Positions 42,036 to 45,811 of a DNA stretch of 45,811 nucleotides are shown here, one piece after another. The stretch comes from Nemertoderma westbladi. Lineage: Eukaryota; Animalia; Xenacoelomorpha. Every line of letters begins with the position of its first letter. Position 1 is the first letter of the stretch. The translations under genes and the position numbers were made by a program. A model generated the notes under the pieces. It saw nothing but the letters and a program-made list of their open reading frames with translations, made no database searches and was not told where the DNA came from. The stretch covers positions 1 to 45,811 of the forward strand of contig JAUCBJ010007736.1 in NCBI GenBank assembly GCA_032718475.1. Reading direction: 5' to 3'.

Positions 42036-45000
42036 ATGTCTGACACTCAGCAAAACCTGTCAGACAGTTTAATCGATACAACCATCTGTGACACAGATAG
42101 GAGTGTGGAGCGATTAAGAAAGGAGTTCAGCTAACCTCCTACTGAAAGAAAAGTCATCCCTCCAGTAGTGGTATCAGACCCTAAGCTAATCCAACACCGT
42201 AGGTCTATCATCGGCACTCGGGCCCAAGTCAAACGGAACCAGGAAGCAGCTGTCCCACAGCAGCAACAGCCTAGTCAAGAAACTTGTTCCCAGCGATCCG
42301 ATAGCTCCAGTAGTTCGGATACTGTCGAGCTGACCCCCGAACGCGGATTGCAGATGGCGGCTAAAGCCTACTCGGACCCCCTTCTCACCCTTCCTGCCGC
42401 AGTGCTAACTACTATATTGATTGCGGTGGAGGAACATCAAGCCGACTGGGCGAGAAATAAGCGAGCGACCCAAGATAATTATGCGGGATACGCCAGGGAA
42501 GAATTGATGTCTATTGTCGAGTCACAATGGAACTTTCCCGGACCCGGACTCCCGTTAGATCTGTCCGAGGCTACTTGGGAAGATATACACAGGATGGGAG
42601 TGGTTAAAGATACGATGGATCCAGCTGTTTGGAAGAGGTCGGCAGCAGGATATGTGCAGGGGTTCTTCGGCTCCTTAGAGCGATTAGAAGAACAACTGTT
42701 TCGACAACCCCAAGGACCTCAAGAGCAGGAAGAACTGCTATATCAAGTACGCGAAAGAACCCTACGCATTCGACTAATCCTATCAGCTTTTGAGGAAACT
42801 TCCAAAAGAAGACAGGACACGTCGCTGCAGGTTGCTGTCAAAACTTGGTTCCAGCGGGTAGGCCTCAAAGTACAAGAAACGGACCAGTGGAAATCCCAGC
42901 TGTCTGAGAGACAAACCTATGAAGAACCAACCGATGCCACCCTTTCTCAAGTGGAAGGCGAAGAGACCGCAGAGAGACCACGAACAAGGGACGCCATCGA
43001 CATTTATCTGTCCGACTATCAGCGATTCCTAGGAGACGAAGAGTTGAGGAGACGGCTGTCTGGACTTTCCCCTAATAGTGAAGGAACCCAGCGTGTGTTG
43101 GACTCAATTGATGCTGAAATGTTAGCTGCAAACCAAGCTAAATTTGATGAAAAACTTCGCCTCGCTAGAGTCCAGGAAGAAGAAGTAAAGAAAAGGCGGA
43201 TAGAGGACCGAAAAGCAGCGGCAATCGCAGAAGCAGAAGCGGAAAGAAAGAAGGTAGCGGCAATGGCAGAAGCGGAAGCAGAAAGAAAGGCGGCCAAGGC
43301 AGTAGCAGAAGCAGAACGGAGAGCATCTGAGGAGACCACACAACTGGAGTTGGAAAATCTTCAAGAGACGCAAGACAACATAAATAAACAGTTAACTGCT
43401 AGTCACATGCAGATGATGAGAAGATCTACTCCCAAACGCCAGGGATACACATCATCGGAGGAAAGTGAAACCACCGATCCTGAAGGCGGAGGAAATGGAT
43501 CTCGTCTAAGCAGGCGTAGAAAAACATCTTACCGTCACAAATTGCCTGATTTGCCTCCAGCGGTTAGAAGACAACTAGCTAGCCCAGACTTAGGTAGTAT
43601 AGAACCTACAGACCAAATTATTAAGGTCAAAAGTCTCCCTACTATAGTTGATGAGCCTGAAATAATTAGGCCTGTCATTCCCAAAGTCACTCCTGTGCTA
43701 GAGACCCCTGTACTTCCAGAGCTTAACTCTAAATTCCCCTTACACAGTACTACACTGCCTGTACCCGGTAGAACAGTCCATGAGAATATCCCTGTCCTGG
43801 AAGCTGAGAGAGAAATCAAAGATTTGTCTCCCGTCGTCCCACGTCAGCCCGCTACAATGTTGGCGACTCCCGCTTCGGCGGTCGAGTGGGTAGAGGAGGG
43901 ACGGCGGGGGATGAATCTCCTGCTCGGACAGATGCAGGAGACTGTCTACCAACTTAAGGGAACAGTAAGGGAAGGTAGGGCAGAATTGCAAGAAGTGCAA
44001 CAAAGTATCGCGCTGGAACGCGACAAATTAGTCAATATACAAAAGGGTATACCAATTCCCCCTGTAACATTGTGTCAACCTGTTAGGTCTGAAGTATTAC
44101 ATGCGCAAGGTGTGGAGCCTACACGCATCTATACTGCTAGTGAAGTAGAAACTCCTATAGCAAACCCTATTAAGGGTGATTATAAACCTGTTGTTAATGA
44201 TATTCCCTATAGACCTGATAATGATCCAGGAAATTTATATACCGATAATTCGATATTAAATAACACGATGGCCCAAGAAAGCTTTACGCGTCAGATGGCT
44301 AGAACAGAAGCCCGCCAAGCGGTCAAAGTGGGAGAGATCGTTAAATTCAATGGAGATGAGATGAAATGGCTACCTTTCAATGAATATTACAAAGATAGCA
44401 TACAAAACTCTGTACTATCTAACGGAGAGAAACTTAGGTTCCTCATCAAATGCTTGGAAGGACCTCCCAGGTTAATGGCGTTAAAGTTTATTGGACATCC
44501 AGAAGGATTAAGACAAGTATGGGATACATTAAACATCAGGTATGGTAACAAAGATAACATAGCTAAGTATTTGTATGCAAAATTAGTAGCCCCCCGACAC
44601 TTCCTTAGTAGCGGGATTATAGAGTTTTCCGATGAGATTAAAGAGATCTGTAGACAATTGGACTGGTTAGGTAAGTCTCATGAATATCAGAGTTCAATGG
44701 TTATTGGAGCCGTAGTCTCTACTTTACCAAAGGGTGGAGTATGTACACGCTGGGACAAGAAAGTGTTGTACATGAATGAACAACAACGACGAAGTCCTAC
44801 CATGGCTGATCTCATGTCCTTCTTAGATGGTGAAGTAAAACTACAACTCATCAAGCAGTCCAGAGAGAAAACATCGGAAAATCCGCTTCTAGGAGAAGAG
44901 TAACACCGGTGTGTTACACTGATGACGGCGAAAGCCAAGCTTCTCAAGAAGAGGACAGCGGGAAAGACACAGATCGATCTTACTATGTTGACAAAACCTC

Positions 45001-45811
45001 AAAAGACGTAAGTAAATACAAGGCTCGAAACAACGATAGGAGAGAACAGGCTGCCAAGACCCCTCCTCAGTCTCCTAACAGAATACACCGAAGTGCACCG
45101 AATACGAGAGTGCATCAAGTTACCCAAGGTAAAGTGAGTAACATAAAACCTAACTGTGCGCTGTGCGACGGGACCCACCGTTTGAGTGCGTGTGCTGAAT
45201 TCCTAAAGAAATCCCTTGTAGACAGACGTGCAGTCGTATGGGATAAGCGGTTATGCTATAATTGCCTCAGACCAGGACACCAACGGCGAACCTGTTACTC
45301 CGACATAAAGTGTGCAAAGTGTGGCGCGAAACATCACATCTTGTTACACAGTGAGTTCGAACGAGACAAACTGAGTCAGGTAAGTGAGCCCGAACTACAT
45401 GTCCAATTCAGTGATGTAAACGACACTGATCAAGAATCTGAGATGGAAGGATTCTATACTGACGAATTCTCCGACGCCAACGAATCCTGTTATCTAATCA
45501 ATACCGCAGTGTATCGAGCACTTACTTATGAAAAGGACACCAACAATGAGTTTCCCCCAACTACTTTTGCCAAACAACCATCTTGGAAAGCTCCAACTTC
45601 CAACGTAGGAATCAGAGAATTTCCTGTAGTGCAGGTAAGAGTTCACGGTCTTAACAAAAGTTACATAGTGAACGCCCTCCTTGACTCCGGCAGCACAGGA
45701 ACATTCATCGATCAAGAACTAGCCGAAGATATCTTTGCTGGACAACCCAAGTTCCGGACTAAATTGAATATGTCAGGAATTATGCAGGTTTGGAAATCTA
45801 CCCTAACGGTA
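42036..45811 (+). pseudogene. gag-pol: Disrupted Gag-Pol of element 2 (gag, zinc knuckles and protease in window)
   Basis: ATG at 42036 (MSDTQQNLSDSL), premature TAA at 42132, and a frameshifting deletion near 44880. The frame then continues through the CALC/CYNC/CAKC knuckles and NALLDSGS. Confidence 0.92.

Larger units (their letters stand above)
38548..45811 (+). mobile_element. Element 2: related BEL/Pao retrotransposon, 5' part, continues beyond the window
   Basis: LTR, leader and gag are collinear with and homologous to the reverse complement of element 1. Confidence 0.93.

Overview
Transposon-dense, AT-rich eukaryotic DNA, probably from an invertebrate animal, with no prokaryotic features. 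From left to right: nested TTAA (piggyBac-type) elements next to an internally deleted RTE-like LINE (1-5.2 kb); low-complexity repeats and a foldback MITE; a complete 17.4-kb BEL/Pao LTR retrotransposon (9472-26911, minus) with 1.2-kb LTRs, an intact 2704-aa Gag-Pol and several extra 3' ORFs; an LRR-protein ORF; minisatellites; a tRNA-derived repeat; an RT-less BEL/Pao-like element (about 34-38.5 kb, minus); and, inserted into it, a decayed relative of the first element (38548 to window end, plus). Main discovery: neither related element has a tRNA primer-binding site. In each, the 10-11 nt after the 5' LTR are exactly complementary to a site inside its own LTR. The site is at the homologous position in both but the sequences differ and co-vary. 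This is the signature of Tf1-type self-primed reverse transcription, which I do not know to be described for BEL/Pao. The same family carries accessory ORFs and a duplicated, co-varying RNA structure. All alignments and counts were done by eye.
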